Notes: generated by a model from the sequence alone, not told the origin. A stretch of DNA of 64,000 nucleotides from Octopus vulgaris (GCA_951406725.2 OX597835.1:37386001-37450000), one strand, 5' to 3'. Numbered from the stretch's first letter, positions 1-12,999 are shown. Numbers and translations are program-made.

Positions 1-86
1 GACTGAATAAGAACAAAATAAACTAGCAAAAAAATTACTGGATAATTCCAGATCCCGGATTTCTGGCTCTGGTGCTGTATGAACAT

Positions 87-170
87 TTAATGTGGTTTTA
101 TTCCAACTTCCATTATATTCCTCTTGATGCCTTCTGATGCTGTCTCCAGGGACCCAACAATGATAGACAC
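87..170 (-). mobile_element. R4/Dong-like (RLE-type) non-LTR retrotransposon C-terminal fragment
   Basis: Translation IIVGSLETASEGIKRNIMEVGIK; near-copy of 2460-2530; resembles the VVPIIVGALG...LQKA C-terminus of R4/Dong ORFs. Confidence 0.6.
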
Positions 171-602
171 AAAAACCAAATTGAAGAACAGGTTTGGCTT
201 TTTTACCAACCATCCAGCCTCCCACTTCCCATCACTCACGAATATGGCCCCAAAATAGTTACCATGCATTATTGCTAAGTGATTTGTCGAACAGTTGAAG
301 TTTTATTGCTGTGAAACTTATTGAATATTTAAATTTTCATCATGTAATTTTATGAAACCTATAAAACGTTTGAATTTTTTTGAGCATGTTTTGTTGCTAT
401 AGAACTTTCTTGTGTATTTACTGTCTTTTAAATTTTTATCTGGCATTTTATGTTGCATAACAAATTGTAAAAAAATTTTGAAACTGGTGTGTTAATCTTA
501 GAAATTTCCCCCCAAAAAACCCAAAAAAACTAGAATTCGTTTAAAGACACAGATGCATTTTCAACTCAAAAACCATTTCTTATCTATCTACATATAACAT
601 TA

Positions 603-648
<46 letters not shown>

Positions 649-653
649 TATAT

Positions 654-694
<41 letters not shown>

Positions 695-747
695 TATATA
701 TATACACACACATATATATACACACACACACATATATACACACACAC

Positions 748-805
<58 letters not shown>

Positions 806-812
806 ATACATA
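603..812. repeat. compound (TA)n/(CA)n microsatellite
   Basis: Direct inspection. Representative of many similar tracts, e.g. 14650-15720, 37577-37915, 39700-40140, 42640-43120, 61775-62450. Confidence 0.95.
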
Positions 813-1182
813 TAGCTATAAATATATATTACATTTATTTAAGAAAGATACCAGAATACATTTACTTATGAAAAAATACAAACAGACAAAAAAGATACTT
901 AAAATTATATTGCTATAGCACTATTGGACAATACAGGTCCCATCAGAAAGACTGCTTTTAAAATTGAATTTAAGATATCATACCAAAGTTTAAAAAGTAT
1001 ATTCTCAAATTAATGTCTTTCAATACCAAATGCTTAAAAATATGCTTCCCGGTGTATTTGGTTGCATTTACACACAGTCCAAGAAGTGGATAAATGAATG
1101 ACATCGTTGCAAGCTCAACTGATACTAATTAATAATCTTTCATGTTTCACTGTCTCTAATCATATCTTGTTTTAGTGCTTGA

Positions 1183-1465
1183 GTGTTTTTGTCTACTTTA
1201 AAAATTATTTCTCTACAAATATGTAGGTTTGCACATGTGTACGCATATGTGTACTGTGAATACGTGGACCGCGTGTGTACCATTGGTGATTTTTTTTCCT
1301 CTGTCTTCCCTTCTCTGGATCTTTCCTTTTCCTATGTTTCTGACAAAGAGCTCCGCTTGAAACGTAAATCCCTCCTTCTTCCCTTCCTTGCTGAGCATCC
1401 AATAATACTATATTTGTTCCACGTCCTCGCGTTGTTGTGTTTTCATGTTTGGATTAACTTTATAT
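1183..1465 (+). mobile_element. Penelope-like pLTR fragment with degenerate minimal hammerhead
   Basis: ctgacaa-a-gagc-tcc-gctt-gaaac-gta at 1340-1366; related copy at 43340-43525. Confidence 0.5.
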
Positions 1466-1466
1466 A

Positions 1467-1830
1467 CTAGCACTATGACCTAACAATGCCAGGTCATAGT
1501 GTTAGTGCATGCATATACAGCTGCGTGCATGCGCACATACACGCGAGTACTGTCCAAATCTCCAACCAATCACATACAGCTAACTGACATTCAATTGGTG
1601 TATCAAGTTTTGGGCATTTTGATTGGGTTTTGGATAGAAAATTCACAAAAAAGTCACTTCTATTGATTTTTTAATGGCTTTGCTGGGTGACTGGGGAAAT
1701 GTAAAGATGTGCACAACCACCCTTGGATAGTTTTGAATGACCATAGAAAGTGTGAGCCTTCTAACTGAAAAATTGTGGATTTTTATAAAGGGCACACACA
1801 CAGACATTTTGCCATTTATATATATAGAGA
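1467..1830 (-). mobile_element. non-autonomous Helitron-like element
   Basis: The minus strand starts TCTCTATATATATAAA followed by (TG)n and ends in hairpin tgacct...aggtca then tagtgCTAG, i.e. Helitron 5'-TC / 3'-hairpin-CTAG hallmarks. Confidence 0.6.
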
Positions 1831-2284
1831 TACATATATGTGTTTGTACATATGTGTAAACCTCTAAAATTCTAAATGCACCCTTATACACATTGTATAA
1901 TGTCTCTTACTCCCTTCTCTTCATAATTTATAAACATCTTTTTCTCCTACTCCATGTAATTTTTTCTTTTTTTGTAACCTCTAGTAAAAGTCTCATATTC
2001 ATTGCATCTCTTAAAACCCTTGTGAGTAATTAAGAAATTACCATTATCATTTCATATATGCACAGCAGATTAGACAGCAGGGGAAACTTCCTAGCATTGG
2101 GCTACAACAAGTAACTTTAGACACCAAGAACCTTCATAGCTTCTTAGCTGACCTTAATTATAGTTTCTGGAGCTGCACTAAGCTAGGTTTTAGGCTTGTT
2201 TCCTCTATCCAGCTGTTCAAATCTTCAGGGATAGTTCCTCATGCACCTATAACTACATGGATACAGTCATTATAATTACAGAGA

Positions 2285-2565
2285 TACAATTATTATAATT
2301 CTTTTTTTATTGGAACTCCTGGAGTCTTGTGAGCATAGCAGGCTTGCTGCCTGCAACATACTGTACCATGCTATCTGTTCTTTTCAACTATTTAATATTT
2401 TCCTGATTATTTTGGCCATGCCAAGTAGGCAAGCCTTTTGCAACAGTTTTACTGGGCACTTTATTCCAACTTCCTTTATATTCCTTTTGATGCCTTCTGA
2501 TACTGTCTCCAGGGACCCAACAATAATTGCTACTATCTTCACCCTTTTCATTTTCCATAACCATA
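2285..2565 (-). mobile_element. R4/Dong-like non-LTR retrotransposon 3' end
   Basis: ORF 2384-2575: KRVKIVAIIVGSLETVSEGIKRNIKEVGIKCPVKLLQKACLLGMAKIIRKILNS, a typical RLE-clade C-terminus, followed by a short UTR and TAA-rich tail. Confidence 0.7.
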
Positions 2566-2573
2566 AAAAAATC

Positions 2574-2900
2574 AATGGAAATTGTAGTTATGATACCAGT
2601 GCTGGTGGCATGTAAAATGATCCATCCGAACGTGGCCGTTGCCAGTGCCGCCTTGGCTGGCCTCCGTGCCGGTGGCACGTAAAAAGCACCGACTGATCGT
2701 GGCCGTTGCCAGCCTCACCTGGCACGTAAAAAGCACCCACTACACTCTCGGAGTGGTTGGTGTTAGGAAGGGCATTCAGCTGTAGAAACACTACCAGATC
2801 AGACTGGAGCCTGGTGCAGCCTCCTGGTTTCCCAGATCCTGGTCGAACCGTCCAACCCATGCTAGCATGGAAAACGGATGTTAAACGATGATGATGATGA
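2574..2900 (+). mobile_element. RTE LINE 3' UTR copy, 5'-truncated, (GAT)n tail
   Basis: Repeated ggtggcacgtaaaaagcacc units, then gttaggaagggcatccagctgtagaaac ... gttaaacgatgatgat; the same family is joined to an RTE ORF end at 28927 and 29721. Confidence 0.8.
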
Positions 2901-3625
2901 GGCTAATACATACTTTAGAGCATTGTATATATTGACATTTTCGACTTCCTTCTTGACTATTCGTGGGTTGCAGATATATTAAATTTGCAACAATGCATCC
3001 TTTTGCAGGAAGACATGCAAATTCTTAAGGTGCCAAGCAGGAAGAATCCTTAGTATTTTGAACACAATGTTTTGTGGTGCCCCTCTTGTTCTTTTAATGT
3101 TCTGGGTCCAAATGTCATCAAAGTTGACTTTGCTTTCATCTTTCTGAGTTCGATAAAATAAAGTACCAGTCACGTACTAGGATGATGCAATTGACTACTC
3201 CATTCTCTTCAAACCTGCTGGTTTTGTGCCAAAAATTTGAGACTGTCATTATTATTATTATTGTTGTTATTATGAAAAATGCTGTTCGGTAAAAATCTTC
3301 ATCTTTGAATATAATATTTGTATAATATTCTTGGCAATATATTTGTTGCTTCCTTCCAAATGTTGTCAAACAGAAATCATATAAATTTATTTGCTGAAAT
3401 ATGTGGCAAAAAGAAAAGGAAAACAGGCAAATATAGTCTTTAGACATTTTGGTGGAGAAAAATACATGTAGCCACAAACATCTGCTGAATGTCGTTGGAC
3501 TAACTACACATATCTGTAAAGTTAGATACACACATCATATATGCTTATGTGTATGCTTATATATGTGGGTGTGTATGTATGCTTACACACACACCCACAC
3601 ACACACATACATATATGCTTATGTG

Positions 3626-3635
<10 letters not shown>

Positions 3636-3656
<21 letters not shown>

Positions 3657-3749
3657 GTATCTGTGTATTTATAGTGTATATATATATATGCACATATATA
3701 TATTTATATAGTAATATACATACGTTTATGTGCCTGTTAGTGAGCATGA

Positions 3750-3795
<46 letters not shown>

Positions 3796-3894
3796 CTGTA
3801 TTTATGAGTGTATATATATATATATATATGAACATATATATATTTATATAGTAATATACATACATGTTTATGTGCCTGTTAGTGAGCATGAAGC

Positions 3895-3929
<35 letters not shown>

Positions 3930-4030
3930 GTATGTATCTGTGTATTTATGAGTGTGTATATATATATATATGCACATATATATTTATATAGTAATATACA
4001 TACATGTTTATGTGCCTGTTAGTGAGCATG

Positions 4031-4032
<2 letters not shown>
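3636..4032. repeat. three-copy tandem repeat of ~140 bp built from microsatellite plus a unique core
   Basis: tatttatatagtaatatacata..tttatgtgcctgttagtgagcatgaa occurs near 3700, 3841 and 3982. Confidence 0.85.
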
Positions 4033-4076
<44 letters not shown>

Positions 4077-4458
4077 CATACATGAGTAATTTAACAAATT
4101 AAAGAAAATAGCATTCAACACATTTGGTTGGCGTTATTATATGTATTTAATAACAGCTTGACTCAGCTCCACATTATTTAGGTGTAGAAGACGCCCACAT
4201 CATCAGATGTTCAGTTCAAGCTCTTGCAGATATGTATTCAAATTATGCAACAAAAGCAGCTTTATAGTAAAAACTTTATCAATAAAACATACTTAATGTA
4301 TGTGTGGTGCAGAAAAGCCTGAAGCTGCAGTTTTCCTCCAGGGAAAAATCTCGTTACAGGTATATTCTATTAAAAAGCACAGAATGCTTCAGAGCTAAGA
4401 ATCAACTGAAAAATACCCATGAGAGTGGCAGACACACATTACACTGTTATTGCAGCTT

Positions 4459-4837
4459 GTTTGTTTGTTTGTTTGTTTTTTGAGTGAAGCGGTCTTCGTC
4501 CCAGAGTGGGAGAAGTCCGAAACGTGGTCCTTTGCTATTCGTAAGACCCGCAGAAGATAAAGCAGGTCAACCCCTGACACCAAGAACATTGATGGATGGA
4601 TAAATGTGCATCCAGGCTCAGCGGTTGCGTAGGAAGTCAGGGACAAGAAACAGGAAGAAAGATTGAGAGAAAGTTGGAGCGAAAGAGTACAACAGGGGTT
4701 GCCCCCCCCCCCTGCCGGAGCCTCGAGGAGCTTTAAGTGTTTTCGCTCTATAAACACAATGCCTGGTCTGGGAATCGAAACTGCGATCCTCTGACCGTGA
4801 GTCCGCTGCCCTAACCACTGGGCCATTGTGCCTCCAC
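4459..4837 (-). mobile_element. tRNA-derived SINE (family E) with (AAAC)n tail and TSD
   Basis: Head gtggaggcacaatggcccagtggttagggc...gtttcgattccc (A/B boxes); 13-bp TSD gtt(a/g)ttgcagctt at 4446-4458 and 4838-4850. Confidence 0.85.
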
Positions 4838-5311
4838 GTTGTTGCAGCTTCTCACTGTCATATACTCATCTATCTATCAGTCTGTCTGTCTGTAATGAGC
4901 TGGGTTATGAATGATGTCATTGAAATGTAGGACATGTGTTTCTGCATCGTTAGATTTCATCAGTTACTGGCACTGTTGTTCTTATACGTAAAAAACAAAT
5001 AAATTTGCTGGTGTGTCCAAAGCTTTGCTAAGCTGATAATTATTAATGACACAGTAAGCAGTGAGGCTTAAAATAAGCTGTGTACATTTATATTTAACAC
5101 GTTTGGGTACACTCAAATGTGGTAAGACCCTCACAGTGGTAACTGTCTTGGAAGTAACATTCTTTTTATGTATGATGTAGGGAAAGATACACCAAGTTGA
5201 GCTATAAAAGATGCCATTTGACTGTAGGGATGCCCCTCCAGTCAACAGCTACTGATACCAAACCCATTATTCATAACCCTCTAAGAACTGCTGTTCTTAC
5301 ATGTAAACAGC

Positions 5312-5472
5312 ACTCACGGAGTGGTTGGCGTTAGGAAGGGCATCCAGCCGTAGAAACATTGCCAGATCAGACTGGGCCCGGTGCAGCTTTCTGGCTTCCC
5401 AGACCCCAGTTGAACTGTCCAACCCATGCTAGCATGGAAAGCGGATGTTAAATGATGCTGATGATGATGATG
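5312..5472 (+). mobile_element. RTE LINE 3' end, short copy
   Basis: Same terminal ~160 bp as 2740-2900, with a GAT tail. Confidence 0.8.
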
Positions 5473-5477
5473 TTATA

Positions 5478-6576
5478 TGAGGGGGTACCCAAAAGAAACC
5501 AGCATTTTGCAATATGATTTTATTCACTTAGTTTTAGATGTTTACACTTTTATCCCCATCAAAGAATTCTCCATTTGAAGAAGTGCATTGGTTCAGATGT
5601 ATATTCCAATGTTCGAAGCAGTGGTGGAACTCTTGTAAAGAGATGCCTTTTAATGCCTCTGTCATTATTTTTCTCTTTATTTCTTCAACATCTGCAAATT
5701 CTGTAGCACCAGCTTTTACCACCAGTGATGACTTTTGAAAAAGGTTTGGATCAATTTCCAGCTGTTCTTTCAGTTCACAACATGCATTCAGTCATGACTG
5801 CTTTTGATCTTCTGATCCAACATGGCAGAAATTTTGCTGCAACACTTTTCATTCACAATTCCTCACTCAAAATTCATTGGCTGGAGCTCCAGGAGACACG
5901 AATCGTATCAACAAGTTTGTCAATTGTTTGGTGACGGTCCTCCACGATCAGTTCATGAATTATCCTGATGTTTTCATTTGTTCGGGAGATTGATGGTCAC
6001 CTTGAATGAAGTTGGTCTTCAAGCAACAAGTGACCATTCTGAAAGCACAAAAACCATTCATAAACTTGTGTTTTGCTCATGGTAGGGTCCTTGTAAGCTG
6101 TTTGAAGCATGACAACTGTTTTAGCTGACATTTTCTCCAGCAGAAAACAGAATTTCATGGAAGTATGCAGTTCCTTCATTTGAGTCATCGCAGAAATCAA
6201 TGAATAAAAGTAAAGCACTATAAAACAAAGATGAACCATGTGGCAGTACCACATGAGCCTACAACGCTGCTTGGTAGACTGATGCCTGAGCATTGCATCA
6301 AGTGGCTTCTAGCAGCAGAAACCTGAACTACAACAGGCTTGTCCAACAGAGAACAGTATTACTCTTTTTCTCTTTTACTTGTTTCAGTCATTTGACTGCA
6401 GCCATGCTGGAGCACCGCCTTTAGTCGAAGAAATCGACCCCAGGGCTTATTCTTTGTAAGCCTAGTACTTATTCTATCGGTGTCTTTTGCCGAACCGCTA
6501 AGTTACGGGGACTTAAACACACCAGCATCGGTTGTCAAGCGATGTTGGTGGGGGACAATCACTGACACACAAACAT

Positions 6577-6633
<57 letters not shown>

Positions 6634-6835
6634 AACACACATATACGACGGGCTTCTTTCAGTTTCCGTCTAGCAATTCCACTCACAAGGCTTTGGTCGG
6701 CCAGAGGCTATAGTAGAAGACACTTAACCAAGGTGCAATGCAGTGGGACTGAACCCGGAACCATGTGGTTGGTAAGCAAGCTACTTACCACACAGTCACT
6801 CCTGCGCCTATTGGTTACTTTTGGATAGCTCCTAA
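5478..6835 (-). mobile_element. internally deleted mariner transposon with a SINE inserted at its right TIR
   Basis: N-terminal HTH-like KFCFLLEKMSAKTVVMLQTAYKDPTMSKTQVYEWF (5997-6190); C-terminal FADVEEIK..CFEHW..QCTSSNGEFFDGD (5534-5700); degenerate TIRs tgagggggtacccaaaagaaacca (5478) and tggttacttttggatagctcc (6812), TA flanks. Confidence 0.8.
6361..6810 (-). mobile_element. tRNA-derived SINE family A (internal (TA)n(TG)n, GAGTAAAA tail)
   Basis: Head ggcgcaggagtg(g/a)ctgtgtggtaag...gggttcagtccc; many copies in the window. Confidence 0.9.
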
Positions 6836-8094
6836 TATAATACAAATATATTTTAGGGTAATACTTGTTTGCTAAGGGTACATCTCTACTCTGAATGCAG
6901 AAGTCGAAATCTCATTGAGCAATGAAACAGCTCTGTAGATGTTTTGTCCTCTTCACCCAGGATGGACAAATCTATCGATGGGGGGAACCAAAACTCCTGC
7001 ACAACATCTCAATTTTGCTGCATCACTCATCTTCTCTCTTCATCCAGATGTAATTCCTTGCTTTCTCGACATTGGCTGTTCCTTGTTTCAGAGTAGTCTG
7101 TCTCCCTTTTACATTTCTTATTTGTTGCGCTGGTGTTTCTGATGACTGGAAACACCGATATTTGCGTGAACTACATTTACACACTTAGAGATAATCATCC
7201 AAATTAGTTAGCCTTCGTGGATTTTTCCATCTGCTTTATATACTCAATTAGTTCTTGTGATGATCTTCATCATTTTCATAGTAACTTAACTGGCTTATTC
7301 CTGAGTTTGTGATCTATTACTCATTGTTCTTTCCAAGGTTTCGGATTGATATTAATCATCTTTACAGGCATGTCCCTTTTAAAAAAACTACTCCATCATG
7401 TCTTCAGAATCAGAAACTAAAACGAAAAGCCAAATTCTGGTGCATTAAGGTGTAGTCATTTCCACATTAGTTCTAAACATGTGGAACATGGCATGGACTT
7501 GTTATATTGATACCAAGGAACAGGAAAGATTCCACCTGTAAAAGTTATGGTCATTTATGAACTACAAGTGAGAGAATTATGCTACTCAATTTACAGTCCT
7601 TCAAACATCACAATCCAACAACATCAAAGTTTTTGTCTTCAAATGTTAACTCAAATGGTCAGGATATATACATCACATGACTAACATGAAGTTTCAGAAG
7701 CATGCACTGTTGTTTCTTTTATCATCCTCAGTGGATGTGCTATGTTTATAGGCTACAATGTCCATCCTATTAATGAGACAATTGAAACTCACTTTAAAAG
7801 TTAGGTGTATTAAACAATTCCCTATATCTATGGTTAGTGGGGAAGTGCTTATCTATCAAACTTAAGGTTTTTGCTATGTTTTGCTTAACATTTGGAGAGT
7901 AGGGAGGTTTAAACCATAATATACAACATATCATTTTGTGGGTCCCAGATTTAAACTATAATCAGATTTACCTTTGGGTCCATTTGCTTTTAAATGCCTT
8001 ACAAATTTTTTATATCCGAGGACTGATATAAGATCTTTCAAATTGTGTAGCTGATTAGGTTTTTGAATATTGTTGGTTGTTCCAATGAATTCAT

Positions 8095-8750
8095 ATTCTT
8101 TGTAAGTTTTCATTTGGCCTTCTAACAGGTTGGTATGAGCTAGTGTTTAAATCTAAGGTGGCATTTGGAAAATAACAATGGTTAAGTTGATCTTTACAAT
8201 GAAATAAATGAATTTTTAAATAATATCTAGTATATAACTATTTATTTTGTTTTCGAATTACTTAACCCGTCATCTCTGTATAGGACAAAGTCTCTAACAG
8301 TGAATTGTTTATATAAGTTATTAGAGACACACAAACAAGTAACATTACGTATAGTAATGTTATTAAATGACACCTTGTTAGATCTCTTGACCTTGTCAGA
8401 ACACTTTTCAAAAACCAGAACCTTCCCTTGACAACATGTATATGATCACTGTCTTTGACGTTGTTAATTTTAATAAATTCTCATGCCTTTCGTAATAATA
8501 CTTTACAGATCACATAAAAATTTATAATACCAAATTGGCTAAAATTGGCTTTGTTCTTCTTAATTCTATTGAACCAGTAGTTATGACTAGAATACTATTA
8601 TTCCATTAGGTGAGGTCAGTAACTTTCTTGGTGTTATTAATCTTAGAATTTTCTTGCTAACTAATCAGATTTCAGATTTAGGTGGGTTTATCAACTTTCA
8701 ACAAGGTTAGAAACGAAATATGTTTATGGTCCTTAATTGTGATACATACT
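8095..8750 (-). pseudogene. Penelope-like element reverse transcriptase remnant
   Basis: Manual minus-strand translation with frameshifts and stops: ITIKDHK, KLINPPKSEI, catalytic LYRDDGL (8263-8283), NATLDLNTSSYQPVRRPNEN. Confidence 0.75.
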
Positions 8751-9091
8751 TCACATTTTGTTAGTGTCTCTAGTCTTTAATCAATTCTAAATTTTATTGC
8801 TCTGACCTCTGCTTTTCTATTAATGTTGTAATAAGTCTGTGGTGGCTCTCACATAGTTTTGTATTATGGCATTATTGAACAATTCATATATTTGTAGTTT
8901 TGTGGCACAGGTTCTATATATATATATATTCATGCTTAATGCTGCATACATTGACCTTGAAGAGGGTGCTACCATATAATTTTGCATCAATTTATCTCAA
9001 GACATAATCAAGGCTTTTCTTATATAATACGGAGGAAGATAACATGAAGCATATGCTGTACTAACGAGAATTCAATATAGTGAATATTGAG

Positions 9092-9358
9092 TTAACCCTT
9101 TTGCCTGTCCAGCAATTTGTCAATGTGATACACATAATATATTTCACTGGTGTTCATGTATGATATACGATACATATTCCTGATTGTTTTCAAGCCACCA
9201 GGGTAATTTGTGACTTAGGAAAGCTTTATATTACTCAGAACATATGAGGCAGGTGCTACCTAAATAAGGTCGAACTAAAAATCTGAAAACAAGCATAGAC
9301 AAATGTCTATGCTTGTTTTCATAGGACAGACCTATGAAACTATTTTGGACAGGCAAAA
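9092..9358. mobile_element. piggyBac-like MITE
   Basis: TTAA-CCCTTTTGCCTGTCC left end and ggacaggcaaaa right end; related to 51102-51970 and 51995-52555. Confidence 0.55.
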
Positions 9359-9404
9359 CTTCAGTCATAAAACTTTGATGTCCTGTGTATCATACATGAT
9401 ATTT

Positions 9405-9690
9405 AAAGACACCCTTTGGTCATGGTATTGCACCTAGAGTTAATCTCTAAGGGACAAGTCTGGGCAAGGTTGTTTATGGAAGACCAGCAGTTGCCCGTGC
9501 ATACCGGCCTTCCGTCTCCACACCATTATATGTGCATAGGGTAAAGAGTAAAGACCCCTTCTGTCATGAATGAACTGGAGTAACATGAAATAAAGTGTCT
9601 TGCTGAAGAACACAACACAGCCTAGTGTGGGACTGAACTCACTACCTCATGATCGTGAGCCTGACACTGTAACCACTCAGCCTTGCACAT
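9405..9690 (-). mobile_element. SINE family C fragments
   Basis: Reverse complement of parts of 10719-11010 and 56402-56730. Confidence 0.7.
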
Positions 9691-10354
9691 GTGATATACA
9701 GAAAATATTTCTCTGGCATGTCTCTGCATCTTTTATGATACACCTGCCCAATAATTTTTCAATCACCTGAGTAACTTAGGGCTTATGAAAGGAAAGCTTT
9801 ATTTTACTCTGAATGTATGAAATAAATGTTAATTAAAAGGCTGAGAACAATCATGGATGTTTAGGAAAAACTTATAAAAATTTAGATAATATTTTATACT
9901 ATTCTAAGAATTTTCCCAGTCATTTTAAGCTATTTTAAGTTTCAAAATGCTCAACCCACTCTAACATCTATTATTAGACACAAGTTGATATCTGGATATC
10001 TGCATCCCATAAATAAATAATGTGTTTTGAGGAAAAAGAATAAGTTCCCTCTGTTCTGTTTGGTGTGTTTTGAGCACTCTAGGAACTTCATTTACAAGTT
10101 TATAATTTATGGCAAAATAAACTAAAGATGTTTTTCCTTGATAATTACATCTGTTGATCAGAAAGAAATTTTAAGCGTCTTCTAATTAAGAAATGAAGCT
10201 GACTGAGTATTGTTTGGTTCTCCAACAAGAAACAAAGAGAGAAAATTACTTTTAAACTGGACGTTTACTTGGATGTAGGCTCGGAGCAATTGAAAAGTAC
10301 TAATATATTTCTATATAATCTCCCTGTTTCTCTCTCTACCCCTTTGTATACATA

Positions 10355-10428
10355 TCTGCTATAGCCCTGGGCCGACCAATGCCTTGTGAGTGGATTTGGT
10401 AGACAGAAACTGAAAGAAGCCTGTCATA

Positions 10429-10491
<63 letters not shown>

Positions 10492-10700
10492 CTGTTTGTG
10501 TGTCTGTGTTTGTCCCTCTAGCATTGCTTGACAACCGATGCTGGTGTGTTTACGTCCCCATCACTTAGCGGTTCGGCAAAAGAGGCCGATAGAATAAGTA
10601 CTGGGCTTACAAAGAATAAGTCCCGGGGTCGAGTTGCTCGACTAAAGGCGGTGCTCCAGCATGGCCACAGTCACGTGACTGAAACAAGTAAAAAAAAAAA
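10355..10700 (+). mobile_element. SINE family A, 5'-truncated
   Basis: Matches the body and tail of 14085-14495. Confidence 0.9.
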
Positions 10701-10718
10701 TATCTATCCTCCTAACTG

Positions 10719-11010
10719 AAGGCACACAGCTCAGTGGTTAGAGCATTGGGTTCACAATCATGAGGTAGTGAGTTCAATTCTCGGCCTGGGCTGTGTGTTC
10801 TGTTCTTGAGCAAGACACTTTATTTCACATTGCTTCAGTTCACTCAGCTGTAGAAATGAGTTGTGACATCGGTGCCAAGCTGTATCAGCCTTTGCCTTTG
10901 CCTTGGATAACATTGGTGGCATGGAGATGGGTGACTTGTGCCTTGAAGAGTAACTTTCTAGGTGCAATCCCAAGGCCATTCATGACAAAAGGGAGTCTTT
11001 ATCCTTTTAT
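10719..11010 (+). mobile_element. tRNA-derived SINE family C
   Basis: Head gctcagtggttagagc...gagttcaattc; tail ttcatgac..ggg(a/g)gtctttatcctttta; copies at 45940 and 56402. Confidence 0.85.
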
Positions 11011-11340
11011 CCTCCTGACTTAGTTGCCAATTTACTTCTCTAACCACATGGATATTGAAACTCTTCCATCAGTTTCTTCATGTTTTGAAACATTTTAACT
11101 TAAGACGGAAATAGATGCATTTCCTAATATATATTCTTTTCTACTCTAGGCACAATTATTTTCACTAATTGAAAATGTGATGGATACTTGATTCTGAAAT
11201 TCCTGACACAAGACTTGCTTTCCACACGATTCATATATTATAATTTGTGTAGTTGTAATAATCAAGTAAAACCAAATTGTGATATTTTGAAATCATTCAA
11301 TGCATACATTTCAAGTCTGCATAATATATATTAGGAAATA

Positions 11341-11785
11341 AGGCAGTGAGCTGGCAGAAACGTTAGCATACCAGGCGAAATGCTGAGCAGTATTTCGTCT
11401 GTCTTTACATTCTGAGTTCAAATTCTGCCAAGGCCAACTTTGCCTTTTATCCTTTCAGGGTTGATAAATTAAGTACCTATTTCTTTATTACCCACAAGGG
11501 GCTAAACACAGAGGGGACAAACAAGGACAGACATAGGTATTAAGTCGATTACATCAACCCCAATGCGTAACTGGTACTTAATTTATCGACCCCGAAAGGA
11601 TGAAAGGCAAAGTCGACCTCGGCGGAATTTGAACTCACAACGTAATGACAGACGAAATACGGCAATGCATTTTGCCCGGCGTGCTAACGTTTCTGCCAGC
11701 TCGCCGCCTTAAATTAAATACCAGTTACACACTGGAGTCGATCCAATTGACTGGCCTCCCCACTCCCCCAAAATTTCAGAGCTTG
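11341..11785. mobile_element. SINE family B (+) interrupted by an antisense SINE B copy (11477-11710)
   Basis: Head ggcagtgagctggcagaaacgttagc; the plus copy breaks at taagtacc and resumes at 11712. Confidence 0.85.
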
Positions 11786-11789
11786 GGTC

Positions 11790-12575
11790 TGCGGGTTGCC
11801 ACCCAGGATAGAACCTGAGTGGATAGAGGACACTATCCACCGGGGTCTGGGTGGCAGCAGATCCAAGCTGTTTAACGTTAAAATTTTGCTGACGGCTGAT
11901 TGGGTTGGGTCAAAAGCTGTTTTGACCCTGTGGACCCAATCAGCCAAGAATCTGGTTTTTCCAGATTTTTTGAAAATGGCTGGTTGCAGGTACTCGGTGA
12001 TTCTTGAGGGACGCCCCCACCAAGTGTCACCTGTGCCTGGAACCAAGTCACATCAAAAAAAAAATGTCCCTAGGAGCAGAGTAGGGTCCTGGAACAGTTG
12101 GTTGAGGAAGAGACCCCTGCTCCTCCCCTGGAGGGAGAAATGGAGGTAGTCGAAGAGGTAGAGTCCTCCCCGGAAAAAAGGGGAAAAAAGAAAGAAGATG
12201 GGCAACAATGGTTGTTCACCGAAGGACCCTAAAGCTGTGGAAGGAGTGATAATCCTCCGGTTAAAGCAAAGGAACAGCCCCCTAGAGTATCAAAGACAAG
12301 AAAAAAGAAGAAAAAGAATGGGACAGTTTGCAGTATACTGCCAGAATGTCCTGAGACCTCATCGGTGGGAATTGTGCCACTGACTGAGGAAACTGTAGTC
12401 CTTCCCAGTGTAACAAATGAGGAATTTGTGGTGATCTTTCTTAAGGGAGGGGCCATAAAGAACTTTGTGAGGAATCTTGAAGGTCAGGAACAGGCGGTCC
12501 TGACCTGCATTGATAGCCTTAGACTGACCTCCAGAGGTGGCTGCGGAGGTCATAGAAGAAAATTGCTTCTATAGA
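11790..12575 (+). pseudogene. degenerate gag-like/ORF1 of a Tx1/L1-clade retrotransposon with CCHC zinc knuckle
   Basis: LPPRIEPEWI...FPDFLKMAGCRYSVILEGRP, then after a frameshift KCHLCLEPSHIKKK(+1)CP = CX2CX4HX4C at ~12022-12070; charged low-complexity tail. Confidence 0.6.
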
Positions 12576-12999
12576 GTTATGGATTCCTTTACTTAGGAAG
12601 AATATAATTATCACTTTTGGGACCCCAGCTTGCGACTGCAGGATTGCCTGCAGGCAACAAGAGACTTAATTAGGGAGGCAGAGTAAGAGGTCTTAGCGCC
12701 TCGATTTGAACTTTGAGATTGGTAAGAGGCTTAGCGCCTCAAGTTAAATATTTTCTGAGCTTTTTTGATTGATAAGAGACCCGGCACCTCAATTTGTAAT
12801 TATTGTAAGAAGTTCAACATCTCATTTGTGTTTTTTAAAAAAAGAACATTGTTATCAGGAAGTAACAATTGGTGGGCGTTGGCAGCTTCCTACACCAACT
12901 ATCTCTTTCTTCATTCCCTCATCATTGTGTCTGTGTCCCGCCCACAAAGCTTCATCTGAATGATGCCTTTATGGCAAATGTAATGAAATAATGAAGGGA

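Noticed and set aside
584-871. Long YI/CV/HT-rich ORFs here and throughout (e.g. 37479-38044, 42578-43206, 61608-62501)
   Set aside because: They are translations of (TA)n/(CA)n microsatellites that lack stop codons; not genes
4150-4210. Minus-strand ctgatga as a hammerhead
   Set aside because: No GAAA or stem III in the expected position
10719-10795. tRNA genes at SINE heads
   Set aside because: A/B boxes are present but I could not fold a complete cloverleaf, and they always continue into a SINE body
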